Translations under genes and position numbers: made by a program
In this document: positions 10,490 to 19,631 of the stretch, piece by piece
How positions within the stretch are numbered: the first letter of the stretch is position 1
How the letters are laid out: every line of letters begins with the position of its first letter
DNA from: a virus
Lineage: Duplodnaviria > Caudoviricetes
Virus record (IMG/VR): IMGVR_UViG_3300031998_000031
Location: 46,940 to 110,939 of that record
DNA length: 64,000 nt
Reading direction: 5' to 3' (one strand)
Notes under the pieces: model-generated
What the model was told of the DNA's origin: nothing
The model's database searches: none
What the model saw: only the letters and a program-made list of their open reading frames with translations

Positions 10490-11833
10490 ATGGTAACAAG
10501 GAATTTTAAGGCTTTATTGGGAAGAGCATTGTGTGTAGTGTCTTCTTACCCAAGTGGTTCTGAGAATAATAATAAATTTCGAACCAGTTTGCTTGTACAT
10601 GATATATACAATGGGGCATATTATCTCGTCTCTGTTTCCGCGAGCGGCGTGCAGTCGTTTCCCGGACAAGTGGTAAATGCTGTGAATGTCGGTGGCAATT
10701 ACGAAACCAACGGCATCTGGTTGGGTACAGGCAACCGTACGCCCTCCGAGGATGATTATGATTTGCAAAGCACTATTACAGCTGGCATTTCAGCGTCCGT
10801 ATCGGATGTCGTTCCGGGTCTCGATGAAGACGGCGACCCTTGCCTTACTTATACGATAGCTGTAACTAATACTGGGAGCGATAGCATTACTATATCTGAA
10901 GTCGGATACAGACAGAATGCTGCATGTTCGGTTATAAAGGACGTTGAGGCTACAACCAGTGTGATACGGATGGGTAGGCCCTTGTTGTTAGACCGAACCG
11001 TTTTAGAATCTCCCCTAACATTAGCCTCTAACGGAGATGCAGGGAGTATTATTTATACACTCAAAACTGCGATTAACGGTGCGAGAACAGTTAATGGCGT
11101 CAAGATTGTTAGCTGGGAATCCGGGTCCGACGAAGATGTTGCTGCCATGATTGATGCAGCTCAGCAAGGACTAATAAACCTTCAAACCGATGGCGGATGG
11201 CAGCTTGGGATGCAGAGATGGATACATTTAAACGCTTGGGAAGGAGCGAAAAACTCCCACGAAGCTGAGGATTTAGTTGTTGTTATATCAAGTTTTGATG
11301 ACTATAATAACTGCGGCGCAGTGATGCAGTTCGACTTTTGCATACTGCCATATTTAGCTGAGCACATGAACTCAACAAACACAAACACCGGGGGGTATGG
11401 TGCATCTGTCATGTATACTACAACTCTTCCGGCTATGGTAAACGCACTGCCCTCTTGGCTGTCTTCAAGACTGAAGACTTTTTCGGTTCTTGCGTCTGCG
11501 GGTTCTGATAGCTCTGAAATAGCCACTGTCGCAAATAATAAATTAGCCTTGCGAAGTGAAGTGGAGATATTTAATACAACAAGCAGTTCATACCCCGGAG
11601 AAGGCTCTCAAATTGCTTTATTTTCTTCTGTGGTTGCTGCGAGCAGGGTTTCTTTGGGGCGTCTTAGGAGCTGTAAGATTTATCTGACTGCATCTGCGCT
11701 TGGCTCGATGTATTGGCTGCGGTCCCCGTCGCGCAGTTCTGTTCGTTTTGCGGTTGGTAATGCTGATGGCCTTTCGTCGCTGGCGTATGGCGCATCAAGC
11801 AGCTACTACGTCGCCCCCTTCGGCTGTTTATAG
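10490..11833 (+). CDS. Putative receptor-binding protein with DUF6273-like C-terminal domain
   Basis: 'MNSTNTNTGGY..S.M....LP', 'L.L.SEVEIF', 'YWLRSP...VAPFGCL' C-terminus. Confidence 0.65.
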   Translation: MVTRNFKALLGRALCVVSSYPSGSENNNKFRTSLLVHDIYNGAYYLVSVSASGVQSFPGQVVNAVNVGGNYETNGIWLGTGNRTPSEDDYDLQSTITAGISASVSDVVPGLDEDGDPCLTYTIAVTNTGSDSITISEVGYRQNAACSVIKDVEATTSVIRMGRPLLLDRTVLESPLTLASNGDAGSIIYTLKTAINGARTVNGVKIVSWESGSDEDVAAMIDAAQQGLINLQTDGGWQLGMQRWIHLNAWEGAKNSHEAEDLVVVISSFDDYNNCGAVMQFDFCILPYLAEHMNSTNTNTGGYGASVMYTTTLPAMVNALPSWLSSRLKTFSVLASAGSDSSEIATVANNKLALRSEVEIFNTTSSSYPGEGSQIALFSSVVAASRVSLGRLRSCKIYLTASALGSMYWLRSPSRSSVRFAVGNADGLSSLAYGASSSYYVAPFGCL

Positions 11834-11842
11834 GTATATCCC

Positions 11843-12916
11843 ATGAGCATATCAGATATAGTAAAGGTCGCTTACAGCGGCTCTGTGATATACCGAGCTG
11901 GCGGCAACAGCAGTTTTACGCTGAATACATCGCATCGCCTGCTGAAGAGCGACATCGAGTTTGAAGTCGGCAATGCGACCGATACGACAGACGCCACGCT
12001 GTCCAGCTCGATGCAGATGCTGTCTGCGGTCACCGCATACGCGAACGATGTAAAGTATACCGGCGCGATAGGGACGTATTTGGGAGCGACCAATACCGGC
12101 GCGGCGATTCCGTATTACACGGGGACGTATAGCGTTACGCCAGCTGGTGTCCAGCAGACGTTCGCGACTGCCGGGAAATACTTGTCGCAGGATGTGGTGA
12201 TAGGCGCGTACTCTTCAATCGGACCGTCGGACCAGTATTTTAGGATTCTTGAAAGGATTGACTCTGGGAGCATAGTATACGGCGGTAGCACCGTAAGGCC
12301 CTACTTAGCCTTTCAATGCGATACGCTAACCGGTTTTCAGGGGGATAATGTTACCGAGATTGGCACAAGCGCATTTGATGGATGCCGGTCATTATTTTCT
12401 GTCAGTTTTCCAAGTTGCAGGACTATTGCAGCCTATGCGTTCCATGCTTGCTTCATAAGCTCGATATCTTTTCCCGCCTGTACGAATGTTTCGAATTATG
12501 CTTTTGAGTATTGTATGTCTCTTGAGTCTGCATCATTACCTGCCTGCACAGCTCTTGGATACTACGCATTTAATGGATGCTACAAGCTATCTTCAATATC
12601 GTTGCCTGTTTGCGTGCATGTATCGAACTATGCGTTTGCAAGCTGCTATGCGCTATCGACTATCGCGCTTCCATCATGCGCTTCCATTGGGGCATACGTG
12701 TTTAGCCGCTGTTATAGTTTAGTGTCGCTAAATCTCTTGGGGTCAAGCATTTGTGTGCTTTCCAACTCAAACGCTTTTTATTCAACGCCTATTGCGGGTT
12801 ATACCGCGTCAACGGGTGGCGTTTACGGTTCTATCTATGTTCCTGCGAGCTTGCTTGCATCCTATCAAGCAGCGACCAATTGGTCTTACTTTAGCTCTCG
12901 CTTCGTAGGCGTATAA
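11843..12916 (+). CDS. BspA/TpLRR protein 2
   Basis: Shared N-terminal modules, Cys-rich LRRs, cap GSIYVPASLLASYQAATNWSYFSSRFVGV. Confidence 0.85.
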   Translation: MSISDIVKVAYSGSVIYRAGGNSSFTLNTSHRLLKSDIEFEVGNATDTTDATLSSSMQMLSAVTAYANDVKYTGAIGTYLGATNTGAAIPYYTGTYSVTPAGVQQTFATAGKYLSQDVVIGAYSSIGPSDQYFRILERIDSGSIVYGGSTVRPYLAFQCDTLTGFQGDNVTEIGTSAFDGCRSLFSVSFPSCRTIAAYAFHACFISSISFPACTNVSNYAFEYCMSLESASLPACTALGYYAFNGCYKLSSISLPVCVHVSNYAFASCYALSTIALPSCASIGAYVFSRCYSLVSLNLLGSSICVLSNSNAFYSTPIAGYTASTGGVYGSIYVPASLLASYQAATNWSYFSSRFVGV

Positions 12917-12925
12917 GGAGAAGTA

Positions 12926-14182
12926 ATGGGTTTGTCAGATGTTGTAATAATCAAATACGGCGGTTCGACGATTCACGAGGCTGGATGCAACAGTAATTTT
13001 ACTCTTAAAACGGCTCAGAAGTGGCTTTCGGATGATATTTTGGTAGAGGTCGGAAATGTTATAGATACTTCCGACGCCACTTTGATGAGCGGCGGACAGA
13101 TGCTGTCCGCCGTTACAGCTTATGCCAGCGGAGTAAAGTATACCGGCACCATCGAATCCTACTCAGGCTTGGTTAACGGTTCGCAGTATGACCGTCCGTA
13201 TTATTCAGGGGAATATAACATCACTCCGATGGCAACGGCACAAAGGCTGTCTACCGCCGGAAAGATACTGTCTGAGGACGTTGTAGTAAATGCTGTCGAG
13301 GTGGACCTATATTTTAACATCATGGCTGGTGCTTCTTATGGAAGCGTGGTGTTTTCATCTGCATATTTGCCCAGCCACTTTGCTGAGAGCTGCGTTACAC
13401 TTACTGGATTTCGGGCGGATAATGTTTCGTCTGTTTATTCTGATACATTTCGGAATTGCTTTAATCTTGAGATTGTTAGTATTCCGAATTGCAATTACAT
13501 TGACTGCAACGCGTTTGCTTATTGTTCCGCGCTTTCGTCGGTCGACGTCCCAGCCAATAGAATTGGGTCCAACGCATTTTTGAGTTGTACGGCTCTTAAA
13601 AGTGTTAACTATCCGCACTGTACCATGATATCTTCTTGGGCATTTTGTGGATGTACTGCCCTTGAGGCGGTATCGTTCCCTGAGTGCGTGAGCATACAAG
13701 GAGGCGCATTTTCAGAGGCTGGCCTCAAGGAGGCCTCTTTTCCTTCGTGCACAGCAGTTGAGTCGTCTGCGTTTACGAGCTGTACATCTCTTAGCCTGAT
13801 ATCTTTCCCAAATTGCTTAAGGGTAAACGGAGACGCTTTCAAGCGCTGCTCGGCTTTAACGTCTGTGCATCTCCCCAAGTGCGTGGAAATTGACCAAGGG
13901 ACCTTTTTTATGTGTAGCCTGCTCTCCACGCTTTCGCTTCCGGCAGCTGGGAGGATAAGTAATTACGCTTTCCAAGGATGTTATAGGTTGTTGTCTTTGT
14001 ATCTAATGGCATCGTACGTTTGTCGTATAGATGTCGGAACATTTGCGAGCACGCCAATTGCTGGCGTAACGACATATACCGGCGGGGTGTACGGAAGTGT
14101 TTATGTCCCCGCAAGTTTATTGGCCTCATATAAGGCAAATGGCAGTTGGGCAGCTTTTAGCGACCGCTTAGTAGGTATTTAA
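12926..14182 (+). CDS. BspA/TpLRR protein 3
   Basis: Same architecture; ends GSVYVPASLLASYKANGSWAAFSDRLVGI. Confidence 0.85.
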   Translation: MGLSDVVIIKYGGSTIHEAGCNSNFTLKTAQKWLSDDILVEVGNVIDTSDATLMSGGQMLSAVTAYASGVKYTGTIESYSGLVNGSQYDRPYYSGEYNITPMATAQRLSTAGKILSEDVVVNAVEVDLYFNIMAGASYGSVVFSSAYLPSHFAESCVTLTGFRADNVSSVYSDTFRNCFNLEIVSIPNCNYIDCNAFAYCSALSSVDVPANRIGSNAFLSCTALKSVNYPHCTMISSWAFCGCTALEAVSFPECVSIQGGAFSEAGLKEASFPSCTAVESSAFTSCTSLSLISFPNCLRVNGDAFKRCSALTSVHLPKCVEIDQGTFFMCSLLSTLSLPAAGRISNYAFQGCYRLLSLYLMASYVCRIDVGTFASTPIAGVTTYTGGVYGSVYVPASLLASYKANGSWAAFSDRLVGI

Positions 14183-14192
14183 GGAGGCTCAA

Positions 14193-15749
14193 ATGAGCGT
14201 ATCGGATATCGTAAAAGTCAAATATAACGGCTCGGTCATCCACGTTGCTGGAGCTTCGAGTACGTTCACCATGAATACCTCAAGCAGGCGGCTTATCGGT
14301 GATATAGTCGTGGAGGTCGCCTCTGTATCTGGTACGGGGTCCCTCATATCCAAGTCCATCGTATCCAACGGCGTATACACTGCTGCAAGCGAGGGCGCAG
14401 ACGGTTATTCTGTCGTAACGGTCAGTTTGCCACCAGCTACCCTGATTTCGAAGTCGATTACCGCTAACGGGACCTATTCCGCATCAGATGAGAGTGCGGA
14501 CGGCTACTCTGTCGTGACAGTCAGCTTGCCCTCATTCGCGGGACCGTATTCTTTCGCGCCATCCACAACGGTGCAGACGTTCGCGACCGCAGGCCTGTTG
14601 ATGCAGTCCAATGTAACTATCGCGTCCTACACTCCGGGCACCGATACCACTGACGCGACCTTATCCTCCGGTGCTCAGATGCTCTCAGGCATCACAGCAT
14701 ATGCAAGCGGGGTAAAGTACACCGGCACCATCGAAGAGTATGCAGGCATGGTAAACAGCAGCCACGATAATATCCCGTATTATAGCGGGAGCGTAAATGG
14801 TGGTGCGCCTGATGTGCCCACTTATAGCGGGACCTATTACGCCACTCCATCCAATACGGAGCAGACGTTCCCGACTGCCGGACTTTTGATGAGTTCTGAT
14901 TTTACGGTCGCTTCGGTGGCGAGCGGCGGGATAATCCCGACCGGGACCATAAGTATCACCGAGAACGGCATATATGATATATCGCAGTACGCAAGCGCTA
15001 ACGTAAGCGTTCCGAGCGGGATTACACCTACGGGAACGCTGAGCATAAATGCGAATGGGATATACACCGTAACAGATTATGCAAGTGTTGATGTAAGCGT
15101 TCCCGGCGTGGTTCCTGTGGGAACAAAGGTCATCACGTCCAACGGAAATTATGATGTATCGAGCTTTGCGAGTGCTACTGTAAACGTCACAAGCAACAAC
15201 GACGCATTTAAGTCAATGGTCGAAGGAACGCTGACGGCTGCAACGGGTTCAACGGTATCTACTATCCGTTCAAATGCTTTTGCGGGTGCCCAGACGCTGA
15301 CACTTGTAAGTTTTCCTTCCTGCACAAACGTAGGGGCAGGGGCGTTCTATGACTGCACGCAACTTGTGTCAGTTTATCTTCCGTCTTGTATTAGCGTTAG
15401 TACGCAAGCTTTTGAGGGTTGCTCAGCTCTATCTGATGTTGAGTTACAATCTTGCCGTACAATTGATAGATACGCATTTATGGAATGCAGTAATCTGTCA
15501 ACTTTAACGATTGACGGAAGGTACATTTGGGATTCGGCGTTCCATCTATGCAAAAAACTACAGTCTCTGTATCTGACATACGACAGCTGCGGGACGCTTT
15601 ATGCGAGCAATGCGTTTAAATCAACCCCAATTACGGATTCCTCTTATACGGGTACTTTCGGCAGCATCTATGTACCAGCAAGTCTTTTAGCCTCATACAA
15701 GGCTGCAAATAACTGGTCTTACTTCAGTGATAGATTCGTAGGAGTTTAG
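14193..15749 (+). CDS. BspA/TpLRR protein 4 with expanded stalk modules
   Basis: Two 'LISKSI..NG.Y.A....ADGYS' and three 'GT..I..NG.YDV..YAS' modules, then LRRs and FVGV end. Confidence 0.85.
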   Translation: MSVSDIVKVKYNGSVIHVAGASSTFTMNTSSRRLIGDIVVEVASVSGTGSLISKSIVSNGVYTAASEGADGYSVVTVSLPPATLISKSITANGTYSASDESADGYSVVTVSLPSFAGPYSFAPSTTVQTFATAGLLMQSNVTIASYTPGTDTTDATLSSGAQMLSGITAYASGVKYTGTIEEYAGMVNSSHDNIPYYSGSVNGGAPDVPTYSGTYYATPSNTEQTFPTAGLLMSSDFTVASVASGGIIPTGTISITENGIYDISQYASANVSVPSGITPTGTLSINANGIYTVTDYASVDVSVPGVVPVGTKVITSNGNYDVSSFASATVNVTSNNDAFKSMVEGTLTAATGSTVSTIRSNAFAGAQTLTLVSFPSCTNVGAGAFYDCTQLVSVYLPSCISVSTQAFEGCSALSDVELQSCRTIDRYAFMECSNLSTLTIDGRYIWDSAFHLCKKLQSLYLTYDSCGTLYASNAFKSTPITDSSYTGTFGSIYVPASLLASYKAANNWSYFSDRFVGV

Positions 15750-15751
15750 AT

Positions 15752-16549
15752 ATGAGTTTAGTAAACGTAGCCTATAACGGCTCAATGATTTATACGGGCG
15801 ATAGTGACTTCACCCTTAATACCAAAGATACTTGGCTCGAAGGCAATATAGGGGTACAAGTGTCTGTGCCTACATATTCGGGCTCATACTCTGCTACTCC
15901 GACCAATGCTGAACAGACATTTCCCACGGCAGGGATGCTTATGGAAAGCGATTTTACTGTTGGCGCAGCGAGTGGAGGAAGTGATGATAATTTCAAAATA
16001 GCTATGGGTGCAATGAGCGGGAGTATATATGACGCGGACACCGTTTCTGTTCCCTCGTATGCTTTTAATTATAGGTCAAATCTATTTGGCGTTGAAATGC
16101 TGAACTGTATTTCCATCGGAGAGTATGCTTTTGCCAGCTGCCAATCCCTATCTTTTATAAGTTTTCCAAGATGTGCTTCTATATGCAACTACGCGTTTTA
16201 TGGTTGTATCGCTTTAACTGGAGTTATCTTTCCTGAGTGCGTACGTATAGAGGCCTATGCATTTAATTACTGTAATAATTTAAGTACTGCCATTTTTCAA
16301 AAATGCCGGTATATAGGTTCCTCAGCATTTTATAACTGCACGGCATTAAAAAGTCTGTACTTACTTGGGTCTTCTGTAATAGCACCTTCGGACATGCACA
16401 CGGATGCGTTTTATAATACGCCAATATCTAAGTCTACATACTTAGGAGAGTTTGGCTCGATTTATGTCCCTGCGTCTCTCGTAGGTGAGTATAAAGCCAC
16501 AAGAGGTTGGAGCGTATATTCAAATCGCATAACCGCTTATACTGGATAA
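15752..16549 (+). CDS. BspA/TpLRR protein 5 (short)
   Basis: N-terminal module, few LRRs, GSIYVPASL cap. Confidence 0.85.
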   Translation: MSLVNVAYNGSMIYTGDSDFTLNTKDTWLEGNIGVQVSVPTYSGSYSATPTNAEQTFPTAGMLMESDFTVGAASGGSDDNFKIAMGAMSGSIYDADTVSVPSYAFNYRSNLFGVEMLNCISIGEYAFASCQSLSFISFPRCASICNYAFYGCIALTGVIFPECVRIEAYAFNYCNNLSTAIFQKCRYIGSSAFYNCTALKSLYLLGSSVIAPSDMHTDAFYNTPISKSTYLGEFGSIYVPASLVGEYKATRGWSVYSNRITAYTG

Positions 16550-16560
16550 GGAGGTCCTAA

Positions 16561-18273
16561 ATGAGCACATCTGATGTCGTAAAAGTCGCGTATGGCAGCT
16601 CAATAATCTACATGGCTGGAAGTAACACCAGCTTCACCCTGAATACATCGCAAAAGTACATGGAGGACGATGTATCAATTGAAGTAGGGGCGTTCCCCAC
16701 AGCGGCTCTCATTTCCAAGACCGTGGCCGCCAACGGCGTCTATTCTGCGTCGAATGACGGTGCGGACGGATACTCCGAGGTCACTGTCAGTTTGCCTTCA
16801 TATACTGGTGCGTATACGTTTACACCGGCTACATCGCCTCAGACTATCCAGACGTCGGGACTGCTTATGTCCTCAAACGTTACGATTCAAGCATATACTC
16901 CGGCTACTCTGATATCCAAGACCATCACCTCTAATGGTACCTATTCCGCCGTCAATGATGGCGCAGATGGTTATTCGAAGGTGACCGTAAGCGTCTCTGG
17001 CGGGCCTGATACATCTGACGCTACTCTGTCGAGCGGTGCTCAGATGCTCTCAGGTATTACAGCATATGCGAGTGGAGTAAAGTACACTGGCACCATCGAA
17101 GAGTATGCAGGCATAGTAAACAGTCAGGCGGGGAATATCCCATATTATTCCGGAGCGTATCTAATAAATCCATCTGCCGAAGACCAGATTATAAGTACAA
17201 ACGGGCTTGTAATGAGTTCCGATTTTACGTTTAAATCATATTCTGGGGGTGGAGGAGGAAACGATGCTGAAATTATAAATAGAACAATAACAAAAATATC
17301 TAATTCGGATGTGGTAAATGTTGGCCCATATGCATTTGCTATGTGCTCTTTATTATCTCATGTTGATTTTCCTAACGTTGAATATGTTGGACAGTCCGCG
17401 TTTGCTTATTGTTATTCTTTATCGGCTTTTAATCTTTCTAACGTTATCAGCATAGACTCATTTGCTTTTTATGAATGCCATGCACTTTTATCTGCGAGTT
17501 TTCCTAGAGTGACCTCAATTGGAATTCATGCATTTGTCGGTTGTTCTTCGTTTTCTTATGCTGACTTTCCTAATGCTATTGAGGTCGGCTCTTATGCATT
17601 TTATAGGTGCTTTTCGCTTTTAAGTGCTAACTTTCCTAAGATGGAATATGTCCCGTCAGATGGTTTTATGAATTGCTGGGCGCTTTTAGAAGTTAGTTTT
17701 CCAAAGGCGAAACTAATTGACCAGCGGGCGTTTGCTTATTGCTCATCTCTTGCAGAGGCAAACTTTTCATCTGCGATTTCAATTTTTTCTGGTGCTTTTT
17801 ATGAGTGCTCTTCTCTTTCCATTATTAGTTTTCCAGTGGTGGAATATATAGGGCCTACCGCTTTTGCCGGATGCGGAATTAAAAGTGTATACCTATCGTT
17901 AATAACTAAGCTTGAAAACGGAACGTTTGCAAGGTGCCCATCTCTATCATTAGTAGATTGCCCAAATGTTACATCAATACAATCTACAGTGTTTGCTTTG
18001 TGCTCTGGACTTTCTGCCATTAGCTTTTCAAAGCTTGTATATTTAGGGAGCAATGCCTTCAATTATTGCGCCAATCTTTTATCATTATATTTAACTGGCA
18101 GCTCCGTATGTACACTTGCTAATTCTAATGCATTTACAGCTACCCCAATAGCAGGGTCCACAGCATCCACAGAAGGAGTTTATGGTTCCATTTATGTTCC
18201 ACAAAGTTTACTTACCACATATAAAGCAGCTACTAATTGGTCGTACTTTAGTAGTCGCTTTGTCGGAGTTTAA
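16561..18273 (+). CDS. BspA/TpLRR protein 6
   Basis: 570 aa; 'FP.V..IG..AF..C' repeats; FVGV end. Confidence 0.85.
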   Translation: MSTSDVVKVAYGSSIIYMAGSNTSFTLNTSQKYMEDDVSIEVGAFPTAALISKTVAANGVYSASNDGADGYSEVTVSLPSYTGAYTFTPATSPQTIQTSGLLMSSNVTIQAYTPATLISKTITSNGTYSAVNDGADGYSKVTVSVSGGPDTSDATLSSGAQMLSGITAYASGVKYTGTIEEYAGIVNSQAGNIPYYSGAYLINPSAEDQIISTNGLVMSSDFTFKSYSGGGGGNDAEIINRTITKISNSDVVNVGPYAFAMCSLLSHVDFPNVEYVGQSAFAYCYSLSAFNLSNVISIDSFAFYECHALLSASFPRVTSIGIHAFVGCSSFSYADFPNAIEVGSYAFYRCFSLLSANFPKMEYVPSDGFMNCWALLEVSFPKAKLIDQRAFAYCSSLAEANFSSAISIFSGAFYECSSLSIISFPVVEYIGPTAFAGCGIKSVYLSLITKLENGTFARCPSLSLVDCPNVTSIQSTVFALCSGLSAISFSKLVYLGSNAFNYCANLLSLYLTGSSVCTLANSNAFTATPIAGSTASTEGVYGSIYVPQSLLTTYKAATNWSYFSSRFVGV

Positions 18274-18285
18274 GGAGATTCTAAT

Positions 18286-18435
18286 ATGGACTCAATAATA
18301 GTAACTTACAACGGAACCCCAATTCATAGTGCAAACGACAACACCACATTTACTCTTAACACTGACGACAATTATCTTGAAGGTGACGTAGTTGTGGCTG
18401 TTTCATTTCCTGATGCGGATTTGGAGGCTTACTGA
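18286..18435 (+). CDS. 49-aa protein consisting only of the LRR-family N-terminal module, absent from ORF track
   Basis: MDSIIVTYNGTPIHSANDNTTFTLNTDDNYLEGDVVVAVSFPDADLEAY; AAGGAG RBS; TGATG overlap with next gene. Confidence 0.7.
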   Translation: MDSIIVTYNGTPIHSANDNTTFTLNTDDNYLEGDVVVAVSFPDADLEAY

Positions 18436-19016
18436 TGGGCCGAGCTTTGATAACCAATTCATATTTACAAGCAATCGCAAGTGCTATTCGGACTAAATTA
18501 CAATCTCAAAATACGTATACACCATCACAAATGGCACCGGCAATTCTGAGCATACCACCTAGAAGTGAACCGGTTTTAGGCACGAAAGTTATAACTTATA
18601 ATGGTGTTTTTAATGCTTCCGACGATAATCTTGACGGATACTCAGAGGTTACGGTTTCTCGAAATCCATCTCTGCATCCAATGGCGTATGACGCTACTAA
18701 TGGATATGTAAACGGTTCAACGTTTACCATAGGCAGTGGATATTATTCAGATATTTATGAAGTGGAATCTGGCCACACATATAGAATAGAAACCGGGTCT
18801 AGTTATGGGACACTTTTTAGGGTTCTGTTTACTACAACAGACACTTCAACAGCAACATCTGTTGTTTCCGGAACTAGCGTAGCTAGTGCATCGGCTTCGT
18901 CTTCATCTTTAGCCACTTACACAGCAACTTCGAATGGCTATATTACATTTACAAAAGGGTCCGTTTCAGGGAAAAGCTCTTGCGTATTTGATGTAACTCT
19001 TGCGGAGGATTTATGA
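18435..19016 (+). CDS. Fibre-module protein (AIASAIR family) with beta-rich C-terminal domain
   Basis: 'LQAIASAIRTK...TYTPSQMA', 'DDNLDGYSEVTV'; paralog of 19013. Confidence 0.7.
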   Translation: MGRALITNSYLQAIASAIRTKLQSQNTYTPSQMAPAILSIPPRSEPVLGTKVITYNGVFNASDDNLDGYSEVTVSRNPSLHPMAYDATNGYVNGSTFTIGSGYYSDIYEVESGHTYRIETGSSYGTLFRVLFTTTDTSTATSVVSGTSVASASASSSSLATYTATSNGYITFTKGSVSGKSSCVFDVTLAEDL

Positions 19017-19615
19017 AACAGATAATAACTGAATCATATTTACAAGCAATCGCAAATGCTATAAGAAGCAAAAACGGGTTGCAAAGAACATATACTCCGC
19101 AACAAATGGCACAAGCTATACTAGATATTCCAAGCGGAAGCGGAGCTGTTCTAGTTGAAAAAACCGTTGCGCTTAAAGGAACTTATAATGCTGAAGATGA
19201 TAATGCGGATGGGTATTCTAAGATTGTAAATAATATTTCATGGAGAATGATACCGTATTCTTTCGACCTTCATCCAAACGGTTATGTTATGAGTAAAAAA
19301 TGGATGATAAATGGGTCGACTGTAAATTATTCTGATGTATATTTGGTGCAAGCAAGCCATCGGTATTTTCTAACTTTAGGTGACACTACAGGCACTAGAT
19401 ATAGAGCCATTATTGTAACAACGGACCCAACAGGACAAGACCAATCTTTAGATGCCGTTGGAGGTAAAATGATTGTTGATATTGGTGGAAATGGTCCGTC
19501 TCCGAGAGCTAGTGCAGTGTTTAGTTCAACAGTTGATGGTTATTTCGTTGTGACTAAAGACAATAGTGGCCATTCTGGTATTCCGACATATCTATTCGAC
19601 ATTACTAAATCATAG
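19013..19615 (+). CDS. Fibre-module protein, paralog of 18435
   Basis: 'LQAIANAIRSKNG..TYTPQQMA', 'DDNADGYS', shared 'YSD.Y.V...H.Y' and 'FD.T' end. Confidence 0.7.
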   Translation: MKQIITESYLQAIANAIRSKNGLQRTYTPQQMAQAILDIPSGSGAVLVEKTVALKGTYNAEDDNADGYSKIVNNISWRMIPYSFDLHPNGYVMSKKWMINGSTVNYSDVYLVQASHRYFLTLGDTTGTRYRAIIVTTDPTGQDQSLDAVGGKMIVDIGGNGPSPRASAVFSSTVDGYFVVTKDNSGHSGIPTYLFDITKS

Positions 19616-19631
19616 CAAAAGGAGGTATTAT

